NCBI GenBank assembly: GCA_964187785.1
Contig: OZ076409.1
Location: 12,464,001 to 12,528,000, forward strand
Direction of reading: 5' to 3'
DNA: 64,000 nt
Source of the DNA: Amphiscolops sp. MND2022
Taxonomy: Eukaryota
The first letter of the stretch is position 1. Each line of letters opens with the position of its first letter. The notes under the pieces were generated by a model that searched no databases, was not told where the DNA came from, and saw nothing but the letters and a program-made list of their open reading frames with translations. Positions 14,411 to 27,460 of this stretch are shown here, in pieces. The translations under genes were made by a program, and so were the position numbers.

Positions 14411-14709
14411 CAGGATAAAGGACGATTCAAGTTCGGTCAAACCCTCTTACGATCACCAACAATTTGTTTTGTCAGCTACAGAATTAATCAACTTCATTGG
14501 TAGAAAAACTAACTTTGGGAGACTTCATTGAATGCAGATTGCAAGCAAAATGGTTCAATAATGAAAATGAAGTATTACATAAAATGTAAAGTGAGTTTCT
14601 TTGCTGCTTTCACTTGAACTCTAACAAAAAGGACCTTAAATCTCAAAACGAAAAAAAGCCAATTTAGAATTCAATTCCATTCAGTCAGAATCTCAGAACA
14701 GATATAAGA

Positions 14710-15160
14710 CAGGAGCCGCATGTGCGGTAAAGGAGTCGGAAACGGATTTAAAAATTGAAACGGATTGAAAAAAATTACGTACTTAGTCATTTGGTAATTT
14801 TTTGACTAATTAACGCTACATTTCTCCGATCCCAGCCATACGAATTTGATGTACACACACATTTTGAATTACACACATAGGGCTCTAATATGATGTAGAA
14901 TACTGTAAAAAAAATTCGTTCGAATCGTATGGACAGTTTTTGAGAAAATCGAAGAGTCCGAAAAATGGGCAATCTTTCTCAGATCCCAGCCATTCGAATT
15001 TGCTGCCATTGTGCACACAGGAGCACCTTTGGGTTTATAATGACTGTGCCAAAATCTATAAAAATTGTATGGACAGTTTTCGAGAAATTCACTGAAAGGT
15101 CGGGAGAAAAAAACGTCACGATTGCATAAGTAGTCAAAAATTTTTTTCCGACTCCTAAAA
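14710..15160 (-). mobile_element. Second HINE-like family (second copy at about 37055-37435)
   Basis: Both copies share GTGCGGTAAA(G/A)GAGTCGGA and TTTTCCGACTCCTAAAA ends, with internal CAGATCCCAG..ATACG / TCGTATGGACAG repeats. Confidence 0.55.
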
Positions 15161-15197
15161 ATTAACATCTAAAAAACCGTTTGTAACTAGTTTCCGA

Positions 15198-18100
15198 CTA
15201 CAACTCAATATTGAAATGTTTCAAAACTCCCAAAGCAGACGGTGTAATTGGTTTTTGCGACGACTTTATGAATTGCATGATTCTTTCCAGGTTCTGTAAT
15301 TCAGGGCCTTTTAAACAGTCACTAACAAACATGTAGCTCATGTTTGATAAAAGAGCTTCTTTTTCATCTTGAGGAACAACATTGAAACTGTGATTCATCG
15401 TCCAAAGACGTTTCACAAACTGATTGGCACATTTGGGTAACGAGAAGTGTATGATTTTCTGCATGGATTGGATATTGGAGAAAAAGTGATGCAAATTAGG
15501 GTTCATGTAATTTGGGCGTTTACCCTCTTCGCCACATTGGCACTGATCGAAGCTGGGACACTTGAAGCTGTCGTTTATTACCAAAACTTCGCGCATACCC
15601 GATAACCTTCGAAAATTTTCCAGTGTCCGAACTAAAGTTTCGAAGCTTTCATTTGCGTAGACAGTGTAAGACCTAAATGAAACATGAAAAAATGCTGCAG
15701 AAAAGTCGGCAAAATTAGTTTAAACAAGACGGGAACATCTAAAGTCGGCGCCATATCTAAGGCTCAAAAAGCTCAAACTTTTTGAAATTGTAAAAGGGGG
15801 GACCCTTTGGGTTTTTTGAAAATCCAATTTGTTGCGGGGTGTAACGTCTCAAACTTCGGATATAGCGTGCTGGCCCAAATGGGAGTGCTTTTTGAACCTC
15901 GGATAGTTTTGGAAAAATTATTGGTAAATATATACTGAGAAAACCTAATTTCAGACGAAAAATGACAATTTTGAACAGTCTCATAGTGCCGAAAAATCTA
16001 AAATAGGGGACGAGTCGCTTCGAGTCTGTCTTAAAAAAAACGAGTGACTGTAATAGTCGGGCTCCCTTATTAATAAAAGCGCCGACTAAAAACTATACTA
16101 AATTTTGAGAAGTTTCGAAAGAGCATTCAACAAACAAACCTCCATTAAAATTGTTCCATTACGACCCTTGAAACAAGCCCATAACAACTGAGCAACTAAT
16201 AGATTGTACAAATTCAAAAATTCCTCGGAAAATACACGGAGTTTCAAATTGAATTTCGTAAAACTCTAGTAAAACCCACACAGTATGAAAATTTTTGCAA
16301 AAACTGAATTAGGCCATTTTAAAACATTCTTGAAGTAAAACTTTTAATAGTTTGCAGAAAAGGCTTTTCAGCGTTATAGCGATTCTAATAGTAGCGGTTT
16401 AGCGATTAGCGAAAAAAATTAGCGGTGTCAAAACCCTGTCTCAGAAAATTACAAACTCCGCAACAGACTTTGGAGTGTATGTTTCGTTTTTATTGAATGG
16501 TAGAGTACTTTACGCTTCCTTAGAATTTTGCCTGGTACTATCCATAGTGATATTAACATGGGAGTTCAACAGGTAGATAATATACTGCATCGTCCGTAAC
16601 TTTTGCTTCATAACTTATAAAGCTCTTAAACCGCGACGTGTCTTACTAGATAGGACTTCACTGTTAATACTCACTCAGTGGAGACAAACCAGTTATTCCT
16701 CGATCCAAAAAGGATTTCGTGTAGCTAAAAATGCTAGTAGTATGGGTGTTTTTTATTTTCCGCCCATATTTCATATGGGAAAGGAAAATATTTAAATCGA
16801 ACGGGTTTTTTTTTTACAAAATTTGCCAAGAATTTATTTATATCAAAGCTAAAGGGTTTCACCCATAGAATTCAGCTCACATAAATTTAGCTTCGTGCGA
16901 TTTGTATTTGTGGAGATTTCCGGATTTTTTTAGTTGACCCCAAGGACCCCAGAATGACCCCAAAATAACTCAAAAATGACCCCAAAAAGCGAAAATTTGC
17001 ATTTTTTTACGCTTTAATGCAATTTTTGTCGAGTTTCCGATAAATGTCGTGGATTAGAATGTTGAAAAGATTCGCAAAGACAAGAACTCGTTGTCCAGTA
17101 GTCGTTTATGATGAGATAAATGCGGTTTTTTGGAAAGAAAAAGACCCAAAAATGACAAAAAAAACCAAAAATTTCCAGATTTTTAACGTTAAGAAATTTT
17201 TGTCAAATTTTCGATAGAATTTGTGGACTAGAATGTTAAAAACGATCAACATGGTACAAGTTTGTTGTCCAGTAGGCGTTTCAGAAGAGATAATGGCTGT
17301 TTTTTATTTGAAAAAAAGTCTCAACTTGACACCGAAAATGACAAAAGTCCCTAAATTTTCCGTTTTTCAAAGTTTCTACGCATTTTTCGTCAAATTTTGG
17401 AGACTTCGTGGATTGGAATGTTTTGAGGGGTCAACAAGGAAAACGTTGGTTGTCCAGTAACCATTTTTAAGAGTTTACTGCGTTTTTCTAAATAAAAATG
17501 TCTCAAATTGACACCGAAATTGACAAAAAACACAAAATTTTCCAATTTTCAAAGTAAAGTTTTATGCATTTTCTGTTGATGTTTCACAGACTTCGTGGAT
17601 TGGAATGTTTTAAAGGGTCAACAATGAAAAAATTGGTACGTCCCGTAGTCTTTATTCTTTAATGAAGAGATAATTGCAATGTTCTGATTGAAAATGTCTC
17701 AAATTGACACCGGAAATGACAAAAATACCAAAAGTTTCAAATTTTCAAAGATTTCATGCATTTTTTCCAAATTTTTGACAGACTTCGTCAATTGGAACGT
17801 TGAAAAGGGTCAACAAGGAAAATAAGTGTTGTCCAATATGCTTAGAAAAGCCATAAATGCAGTTTTTCAATAGGAACTTGTCCGGAATCGACATCGAAAA
17901 AGACAAAGTTTCGAAAAAATATCAAATTCCTTTTTTTTCTTCCCTTTTTGTCAAAATATCGATAGACTCCGTGGACTACAGTGTTTAAACGCTTAAGGCG
18001 TGGGCAAACGTGTTGTTTTGGTGAGCTTTCGTTACGAGATAAGTTCAATTCGTAAAAGAAAAGGGCCTCAAATTGACCTGAGATGTCAAAATTTCGAAGT

Positions 18101-20805
18101 TTTTGTCGTTTTTGATGCAATTTCTGTAGATTTTTCGAAAGATTTTGTTCTAAGTTTCGCAACCCACTCAACAACGAAAAACGAGCTATGCAATGTTTTC
18201 TTGAAGAGAACATTACAGTGTTTGGCTTCAGAAACACTTCAGAATGACTCCAAAGGAGTCGAAAAACTTCAACTTTGTTTTTGTGCAACTTGTGTACTTT
18301 TTGAATCATTTTGGTGTCAGAATGTCAGCAAACGTTCAAAAAAGACTGAACTCTTATTCAATTAGGCTTTCAGGGGAATATTTGCAGATTTCGGTTGGAA
18401 AATGGTTGACCGTAAAAAGTCAAAGTCGAAAGCTTGAAAAGTTTTGTCGATTTCTCACATTTTCAGCGAATTTTTTTTGAGATTGGAAAATTTTGGTAAA
18501 CTAAAAAGTTCAAAACGCTCGCGTTGATAAAACTAGGTCCGGAACACGGTTTTAAAGAATGCCTAAATTGTGGTCGGAAGTTTCCTCAAAATGACACAAT
18601 TATTGGAAAAACTGAAAATTTTCGAGTTTTTTTTAACATTTTCAGGCAGTTTTTTGTTGATTTTTTGAACTACTTCCTAGCATAAAATGGTTTTAAACAC
18701 TCAACACTAACTCATCCGGGTATCTCCAGTTGGCAATTTTCAAGAGATAACTGCATGTTTTGTTAGAATTGGTCTCAAAAACACCCAAAAATCCATGAAA
18801 CAACAAAAAAGCACGTTGTTTGACAAACTAATCCCATTTTTTGTTCAAGCCACGAAAGTTTTTAAGGAAGAGAAATTCCAATGACCTCAGCGTTTAAACA
18901 AAAAGGTATTCAAAACGCAATTGTGGGAAAAAGAGGCATAAAGTTCATCGAGTTTACAGCAAAGATGTCAAAGTTTCCCAACTTTCTTTATTTTCGACAA
19001 CATAGTCCCAATTTTGGACACTTTCCTAAAATTTACTTCAATGAGAAATATCATAGGCTCAGTATTGAAACGTCTAGTTACCGGTAGAGTTCCGTAAAGA
19101 TATCAGACAAGTTTATTCGCACAACTTTCAAATACTTTACTTGAAAACGTAAATTTCAACCTCATTTGTCCATTATTTGTCATTCAAAAACCTCCAAGCA
19201 AATTCACTAGAAATGGAGTACATCTTCCTAAAGAAAATGTTTCGAGCTACTCGTGGGTTAGAATGGTGTAAACATTCAACAACAGCTAAACTCGGTATCT
19301 AGTAGGCTTATTTTTGAAGAGACATCTGTAGATTCATGTTCGAAAATATCCTCAAATTGACCCTAAACTTGTCCAAACTATTTGCAATTTTTGACACTTC
19401 TGGTGAAACAATGTACAATAATATAACAAACCGGGATTGCTCAACTTTCCTAAATTTGAAGCAGACCTAATTTCAAGCTTTTACCATTTTCTCTTTTATC
19501 ATTTATGGCGAAACGAGTTTCAGCTCGCGAAACTGCTTTTCTCAAGCCGAAATGTGCTATGAAATCAAGGGTTACACTTTGACCAAATGAAAGTACAAAG
19601 TCGAATCGAAAAAAAACATAAATGAGCTACTTCCCACAATCAAAAAGAAAACTCATCACGAAAAGTGACCAGTTCTCTGAAATGATAAATTAGGGGTTTC
19701 CTAAAATGGGTACGAATTTTAGTACGAAATTTGGGTACGAATGGGTACGAAATTTTTTTACTAAAATGGGTCCTTTAAAATGGGTACGATGAATCAAAGT
19801 TTTCTTTTCTTCGAACTTATTGGCGTTTTCATAGTGCATTGGCTTATTCTTGAGCCTCAAACTTATGTAGTTGTAGAACAGTTCGGGGCGGAAAATATCC
19901 CGCTGCTCAGCGGGCGTCTTGTTAAATTTAAACTACAGACGAACAACTTACCTCACACAATTGCTGTCCAAAAATTGCGAAATTGCCCGAACGTTTGAGT
20001 CTGAGTCACAGAATATGGCCATGTTGCAATCAATGGTTTCAACTATCCTCAACAGCACATCTGACCATAGAACAGTTTCATTATTGATCAAAAAGGCGAA
20101 ATGACGAATGGGCGCAGTCAAACAAGCCTCAGAAATACCACATACAAGCGCCACTTTGGTTACCCCTTGATTGAACTCAGCATCATCCATACTTGCTTCC
20201 CAGTTGACCAAATTCAGAAACGTTGAACTAACTTTGCGACACAAAAGAATGATTTGAAACTGATACTTTTTTTGGAACCTCTCTACAACGCATAAAATTG
20301 ACTGAACATTCTGATTGACTTCTTCTACGTCTAAAATGACAGCTTTGAATTTTTCGAAACTCAAATTCGGCTCTCCGTGAATAATGTTGAGACATGGTGC
20401 TTTAGCGTTAGAAATTGACGTTCCATTATCACTGATGCGAACACTATGCTCGATGTTGAATTGTGAGCAAAACTTTTTCTGACGGCTCAGCTCAGCTTTT
20501 ATTAATTTTTCAATATGAACTGCAGACTGTTTTGAATCGGTGAGGACTACAATTGGCAATGGATTGAATGAGCCGTGAATAAAACACTTTGCCACAGGTA
20601 TAAGGTAATTCAGCACGGCATCAGAACTCGGGTCCACGATGTAAAATGAGGAATTCGATAGCCCAAAACAAGGCCACAGATATCTTTGAGAGGTAGAAAG
20701 CTGCAAATTGTGTACCGGAAAAAATCCCAAGTTTTCCTTCTGAATGCGTAAAAGTTTAATTGCATGATCTTCTTCGTAGTAAAACATCTTCGATATCTGC
20801 AACAT
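15198..20805 (-). CDS. Degenerate DEAD-box helicase-like protein (probable pseudo-helicase), about 442 aa, 2 exons
   Basis: Exons 20805-19952 (AG|GTAAGT) and 15672-15198 (tttag|G) join in frame. Order of relic motifs: STSQRYLWP (Q motif), NYLIP, IVVLTDSKQSAVHI (Ia), VILDVEE (II), AIFCDS..V..I..FL (IV), LENFR..VLVIND (V region). No GKT or DEAD. Confidence 0.6.
16940..19400. repeat. Degenerate tandem satellite, period about 175-190 bp
   Basis: Anchor CGTGGA(T/C)T(A/G)GAATGTT recurs near 17046, 17221, 17404, 17591, 17783 and 17967, then decays. Confidence 0.75.
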
Positions 20806-22245
20806 GTTTTCAACTCAAAATCGGCAAGACAGCTTTTGAACGAGCAGGAAGTGAAAAAATCAGGAAGATATCTTTCCAAATGTCCCGAAATGTGGCTCCC
20901 TTTGATACGAGATAATCTACTTGAGGACGCTGATGCTTATTGAACACCCGCACAAAGTTGATACTAAGCATTTCGAGAAAGTAAATAGCCTAATTACTAA
21001 ACCTTGAGTTTCAGCGCTCGTTAAGTTAAATTCAATGAATTCGCGTCAAACAACTTCCACCAACAAGGTGCTTGAAAGAGGTCAAACAGCAGCTCTCCAA
21101 GACGGCAGATATTAGCATATAGAAAAGGTCGCCGACTGCAAACATTTTGGCATCTTAAGCATGATGCAAAGATTCCGGTCCCATTATCAAACTAAAGCAA
21201 AGGGTCCCCCATTATCATACTAGCCCAAACGAAAGAGTTTTCCGTGAACGCTTGCGACAGAATTGTAAGATACTGATTCGAAATTTTTATAATTCAGTCA
21301 TCGAAACGAAACAAAATCTGTGAAACATTTTTCACATGACGCTATTTCTTAGACAGAATTATTATTGAAGAAATTCTTCGTTTTCAAATTAAATCCGACA
21401 TTTAATCGTATGCAGCTCGTTTGCGAATCCGATTAAAAACAAATCATCAAGATATGCGCCCATAACCTCGTTAGTGATTTCGTCCTCAAATGAGGACAGC
21501 GATTTTTTTCACACTCAATAAAAAAATACGAAACGCAAAAAGCATATAGGAAAACGAAAGTTTGTCTTTCTTATCAACAAGCTATTGGTCTATTTGGTGC
21601 GAGTTGTTATTTGTGTCAATATAAGTTTGTTTTTCGAACACCGGCAAAAAAGTAACTGGAAAAAAGTGAAAATTTGCAAAAAAATACTTTTCCCAAAATT
21701 AGCTTTTTCTCAATAACACAGCAACTGTTTGCTAAATTACTGTCACACTCTAGTAACACAGCTTGCCACCAATGAAAACGCATATAGAAGTTTTTTTGAT
21801 GAAGCTTCAGCTAAGAGTTCGACCGGCAATTTTTCGACTCCTCGGTGTGCTGACGAGGATAAAACAGGCCCAGCTCGAAGTATCTATTAAATATGACCTG
21901 AGCACTGTTGATAGACTGAAATTGGCCACCTTTCGAAAAAAAAATCGTTATGCCATAGTAACAAAAATTCATCGTGAACATAACCACCTATTTCATTCCT
22001 AATAACTCACTTGAAAATAAAAACTGAAACATTCGTCAAAAAATTGTACGTTTCGTTGTGGAAAAATTGAGCTCCATATAACCAGATAGTTACATTTAAA
22101 TTATACACTTACTTTTATTTACATACAAATACATCCCAAACCAACAAATGCAAATCAGTTTAAATCACATGAGCCAACATTGGTAATATGAAATGGTAAA
22201 TTATTTCAATCATTGCCAGTGATTGTCAGTAACTGTTCCGGGGGT

Positions 22246-22905
22246 TCAGCGCCTACTGCTTTGTCTACTGTCATTTGAAGAGTTCTGCATTTCGGCAACA
22301 CCAGCGTTGATGACTTGTCTGCCTAGGAACTGGGCCGCAGCACCTGATATGGTACGCTTGGCACCTAGACGACACCGGGTGTACCCGTACAAGTTGGACA
22401 CGGTCAAGGACAAACCCAGGATTACGATCATCATCCATGAGAAATCCATGGAAAAGAAAGTTGTGAGGAGAAGAAAGGTCCATAAGGAGGGCGCAGCGAT
22501 CAAAGCGACCCAGAAAATGGTGGACTCAGACGCAGATATGAGATGTCGCTCGTTTTTGGGCCTGCTCTCGAAGTACCAGATGTTTTCCCCGTTTTCAGAC
22601 ACTTCGTTCCACCACCTGAGCCCAACCAGGAGGCGCCCAGTGACGTTTTTGACGGTCCAGAAATCCATGGAATGCAGCAGAGCAATGATGACGAAGGCAA
22701 TGACAAAACTACTGCCAAACCATTTGCAGTAGAAATAAACTAATAAGGCCAGCGTTCGAAAAAGCACATGGAAAATACAAGCGATAGGATGTTGGATGCT
22801 TTTCTGTCTGCCACCGCCCGCTCCAGGCGAGCGATGGGCACTCATGAAGTCTGTGTCATCATCATCGTCACTTAAAGCTGTGAATCGGGCATCTGAGCTG
22901 CTCAT
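22246..22905 (-). CDS. TVP23: Golgi apparatus membrane protein TVP23 homolog, single coding exon
   Basis: HPIACIFHVLFR, DFWTVKNVTGRLLVGLRWWNEV, W.FES, ES.IFW, NLYGY..C are the TVP23/FAM18 signature. First ATG at 22905. Confidence 0.95.
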   Translation of the reverse strand: MSSSDARFTALSDDDDDTDFMSAHRSPGAGGGRQKSIQHPIACIFHVLFRTLALLVYFYCKWFGSSFVIAFVIIALLHSMDFWTVKNVTGRLLVGLRWWNEVSENGENIWYFESRPKNERHLISASESTIFWVALIAAPSLWTFLLLTTFFSMDFSWMMIVILGLSLTVSNLYGYTRCRLGAKRTISGAAAQFLGRQVINAGVAEMQNSSNDSRQSSRR

Positions 22906-23823
22906 TTCCACCAAATTTCACACCAATTCTGAAAAACAATTTTTAAAATGAATAAAAACGTGGGAGGGCCAATTATTTGGAAATATTGACTTGATAGAAT
23001 CGATTCCTTACATGGAAACGTGTGTCGCATAGCGCTTCTCTTGTAATCTAGAATGTCATTTTGGCTCAATCATCACAAAAACAGTTTTATTGAAATTATG
23101 AACTTGTCAGAATTCATAATTCCACTTATTCAGATTATACGTTCAAAGGAATCTTAAGTTTTAAAGATCAAAGGAAGCGTCAAACAACGTGAATTCCAAA
23201 AATGTTACCAAACAGGCACCTTTCAATGTTCATTTACATTTTCAATATTTTTTCATCCACCAAGGCTATAAAAAATACAATTTGCCATCAAGTATGTTTC
23301 AGAGAAATGGACAGTCTGTCAATTACATGTTAGCGATTCAGATGATACACATGAGAGAATGTGTAGAAATCAAAAAGACACGGTTTCAAAACTTCGATTG
23401 ATAGAAACAATTCATATAAAAATTCATTAAAATTTGAAAATGCATCTCTTGTATAGAGAAACACTTTATACACAGAGGCGAAGCGGTGCTTCGCAACACA
23501 TGACGAAGACATCGATTATTTTAATATGCGTATATATATATATATTATTTTAATCGCATGCGTATATATTCAACAGTTCAACTTTGTTCAATAACGTCCC
23601 TATGGCACAGTGGTCAACACTTATGCCGTGCAATCGGGAGGCTGCAGGTTCGAATCTCTCTGGGGTTTTGGCTATTTTCTAAAAGGCGCTCATTATGAAT
23701 TTGACTATAGTGGAAAAAAAACTTACTTAGCTGGACTGCAATGCACATTGACTTCGTCATGTGCAAAAAAGTGATGAACGAGCAAATGTGAAAATAGCAC
23801 CATTATATATCAACTAAAACTAT

Positions 23824-24774
23824 TTAGCTGATGAGTTTAACCAAGTTTCGTCGATCACAAACAAGCTTGCAGTCAGGGCAGAACTTCCCAAAACTCAGCT
23901 CCTTATCAATGCACGCTTTGCAAAACACGTGTCCGCAAACTTCAATCACATGGGGGTTTTCAATCTTGACTGAGTCACACAAGCTACACCCTGTTTTGAG
24001 ATCTTCCTGTTTCAATGGAGGCGGAGGAAAATCTTCAGCCCATACGTCTGTAGTTACTTCTGATTCCCTCATCCGATTAAGTACCCAGAAGTCGCGAAGT
24101 TGAATTGCATACGACATGAGGGTATGCAAACTGAGAAGTCCTTTGCAGAATAACCAAGAGAACCTCAAAGCTGTGCTGGTCATTCTATTACTGCTGCTGT
24201 TTCCAGAATTGAAAGGCAGATCATTTGAAGTAGATATCAGGAGTGTTTTACTGAGCCAAAGACGCAAACTTGGATAGTTCAGGAAGTCTAGCATGTACAT
24301 TAGTAGACAAAACCCATCAGAAAGAACGAACATGCCTTTGAGGCAGTTTGAAATCAATAGAAACTTTTGAAATGGGATTCGCAAAAACGTTGAGATTCTA
24401 ATTTCTTCTGTGTTTCGTCTGCCATTTGTGAGATTGGCAATTTTGTCTGCACAATATGAATGTAGATGTTGAAAAGCCAGAGAGGAAATGATCAGTTTCA
24501 TTTTGGAATTTTTCCTGGAGACTCTCACCCGTCGAACATTGTGGAATGCTTCAGCAAAAGTTGCATCACAATGATATAGAAACTGCAGATCTATTAATGT
24601 CATGACAGCATGAATCAATTCTACGCGATATTTTCCAAATGCAGCAAATTGACGAGAAACGTTTGATATGATTAGTCCCCAGAACTCCTTTAGAAGATTC
24701 TGAAGAGAGCGACTTTGGGTGAATTCCAAAATGGTTGCCAATTCCACCGATCGATAACTACCACCACTATCCAT
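23824..24774 (-). CDS. PEX12: Peroxin 12-like RING-finger peroxisome assembly protein, intronless
   Basis: N-terminal TILE...SL and ATFAEAFHNVRR resemble the PEX12 SIFE and ASFSENFYGLKR motifs. A PPPP stretch precedes a C-terminal RING ending LVKLI. Confidence 0.75.
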   Translation of the reverse strand: MDSGGSYRSVELATILEFTQSRSLQNLLKEFWGLIISNVSRQFAAFGKYRVELIHAVMTLIDLQFLYHCDATFAEAFHNVRRVRVSRKNSKMKLIISSLAFQHLHSYCADKIANLTNGRRNTEEIRISTFLRIPFQKFLLISNCLKGMFVLSDGFCLLMYMLDFLNYPSLRLWLSKTLLISTSNDLPFNSGNSSSNRMTSTALRFSWLFCKGLLSLHTLMSYAIQLRDFWVLNRMRESEVTTDVWAEDFPPPPLKQEDLKTGCSLCDSVKIENPHVIEVCGHVFCKACIDKELSFGKFCPDCKLVCDRRNLVKLIS

Positions 24775-25781
24775 GCTCCCTAGAACAAAGCCAATCAGTA
24801 ATATTGAATTTTTAGCGCCTCAAGAATTCAAGCGTCTAGAAAATGTTCACAAACTGAAAATGCAGTGGTTCTTAGAGAATGCGTGAGAGATTTTTTCAAC
24901 GCTGACGCCGTAAAAACAATTCAGTAGAGCAAAATAACTTCTTCAACATTCGGCCGGAAAACATCATTCGAACTTCTTTGCTGGAACATAATATATTGGA
25001 GAGCCACAATTAGAGAAGGTATTTTCAACTACTTTCCATCCGCTGTATTCTAATTACAATCCATCACCAAAATATTTGATATAAAAACCAGAAAAAAGTC
25101 CCATTCAATGAGCCAACTTCTGTGGGTAGTATGTTAACCCTAATTGGCCTGGGCGTTTTTGCCATTTTTCGAAAAATTGGTGTTTAAAATTTTAATCAAT
25201 ACTATCTCCACAACTACGCATACCAGAAAAATAAACTATAGCGCGTTTGAAAGACCTGGTACTGGGCTTTCATTTTGGTCAGGTGAGCCCCTGTCACCGC
25301 GCGCCCCATTCTTCAGAATTTTTGTTTTTCCGGTGCAACCGCTGCGTGGCCATTCCCCGCACAAGATGCTTTTAAGTACCGTTAGGCTATTTAGGGTTGT
25401 CATTTGATAACATGTACGGCGAACCAGCAATTTTCGTGAATGGTGAAACAAGCCGCGAACGACTGTCAAGGTTCAACAAGGGCGAAGTATTTTGAATACG
25501 CAGAAGGACAATTATTCTGAAAATTTTTATATTTTAAGTTTACAAAGAGGGTACGCCAAAAGGGTACGCTTCAGACTCGCAAAACGCTTTTCTCAAACCG
25601 AAAACATTCCGAATGGAGAAGGTACATTTCGATCAAAGAAAATTCACAGAAAAGGCCGAAAACCCAATTTGCCAAAAAAGGGGGCGAGTGACCTTTGATC
25701 TCGTTTTCTTTTGAGAGAAAAGCAAAAAATGACCAACCCAGGATTTGAGCTCACGAAGTTTCACTCTCCAACCACTGTCAC

Positions 25782-26156
25782 CAGGGCTGTTTGAAAAAAA
25801 ACATGAGGTGTTTAAAACACTGTTTTAAACAGTTGCTTTTTAAATAAAAAATACACAGTTGTATATTTCTTGGGAGCCCAATCATTTTGCGGAAAATTTG
25901 ACTAAGCACTTGTCCCATGTACCGAAGACCTACTTACTCTGTCCGTCAAGAGCGGGATCGGAAAGAATTTTCAGTACCATGGATGGATCCAGGATGACTT
26001 GAAAAATTGAAACTGTGGAAAAACTTACATTTTGCGCAAAAAATTTGAGAAAAGTTTGTTTTTGAAAAATACGTTTTCGTATTTAAAACAATAGTATTTT
26101 TAATAAAAAAACGTTTAAAACGTTTTTATTTAAAAAAAGCGTTTTTTGCAGCCCTG
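25782..26156. mobile_element. hAT-like MITE
   Basis: CAGGGCTG...CAGCCCTG termini, 8-bp TSD ACTGT(C/G)AC. Confidence 0.8.
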
Positions 26157-26933
26157 ACTGTGACCCCGAACTAATCGCTTGGCCAATTGGCGGGAACCAC
26201 TAGGTCAAGTCAAGTTACAAGTAATAATATTTCTAGAAATGTCAGTTCGCTGGTCTCAAAAACGCCTCTACTACAGTCTGCGTTTTCTACGCAGGCGCCG
26301 ACTAAAAACTCCCAGCAAAGAAATCAGTCTGACTCTAAACTTTTTGGAATGTTCCTGCAATTCCGCTTATGGAAAGCAAGCCAAAAGCCAAATAACAGAA
26401 CAGCAAAAGCGTTAATAGACCACAGATGAAAATTGATTCAAAATATTTTTGAATAACCGAGACTTTGGTGTCGAAACTGCTCATAAGTGGTAAAAAGCTT
26501 CAGGCAGCAATGGACCTTTATCAGCTAAAAAGTTTCTATGTAAGTTTCAAAAAATCACAATCTCCAGAAACGTCAACAAAAGAGGACTTAGGGCTGTTTC
26601 ACGCCATATGTTTGCAAACTCAAGGAAGACTCTTCAAAAATTATTTTTCGAAAAATATGATTTGTGCAGGACAACCCGAAGGTGGACCTTTTTTTGCTTT
26701 TACTTCAAGCGAGTCCGAAAATAGTTTCACGTCTAACCCCAATTTGTACGTTATATTCGAAATATTTACCAAGAAATATACGAATATTTTCTTTTCTTTC
26801 ACTGAACCTCGACGAATTTCCTCAGCTGAACACAAAAACATGATCGCAACTGAGTTGATCTTAAACCTCCTTTAAAACGATTGAAATGTAATTTAAAATT
26901 CTAAATTTGAATGCAGGCTTCTGTTGTTTATTG

Positions 26934-27460
26934 AAAATAGGTCCCTTCGGGGCTCAGTACTATTTCTGCTTTAATCTTTCATTATTAATAGAATCATATC
27001 TGGAATACCAATACACTCTTGTTTAATCTTCATTTAGCGCACAATTAATCACTGTACAAGTTTACACCGCCTTTAATTCTTCTTGGACTAAAGAAAATAT
27101 AACTACTAAGCGTAGATGAAGTTTCGCATTCGCATTTGAATGCAGGCGAAGCTCTCAACGAACGAATAATTAACACTCATTCGCTTCATCTCAATAACTC
27201 GGGGCAACGAAAGCACAATTACGAACATTCGCTCGCTTCATCTCAATGACGTCAGCATACGAATGGATAATTACCACTCGCTCGTTCCATCGCACTAGAA
27301 TTGAACTGTCGTCGGCAGCTTGAGAAATTTAATTCCCACGCTTACAGTCACTGCCGAACAAAATATTTGAATTATTCAGTATCGTACGAAAAATTGTACT
27401 GAAAAAAGTAGACAGTTTGAGGTTACAATAATATTCCTGCTAAAGCAGAAATAATTAAAA
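26934..27460 (+). repeat. Interspersed repeat with CGCTTCATCTCAAT subrepeats; copies at about 1527-1990, 8645-8850 (degenerate) and 41010-41530
   Basis: Near-identical stretches begin with a GC hairpin GGCCCCT(G/C)CGGGGC and share AGTTTACACCGCCTTTAATTCTTCT...GGCGAAGCTCTC. Confidence 0.8.

Noticed and set aside
22223..22732. 169-aa plus-strand ORF, and likewise 52749-53360
   Set aside because: Antisense shadows of TVP23 and the integrase respectively.
23596..23670. Functional tRNA gene
   Set aside because: A and B boxes are present but the acceptor and anticodon stems do not pair; treated as a tRNA-derived fragment.
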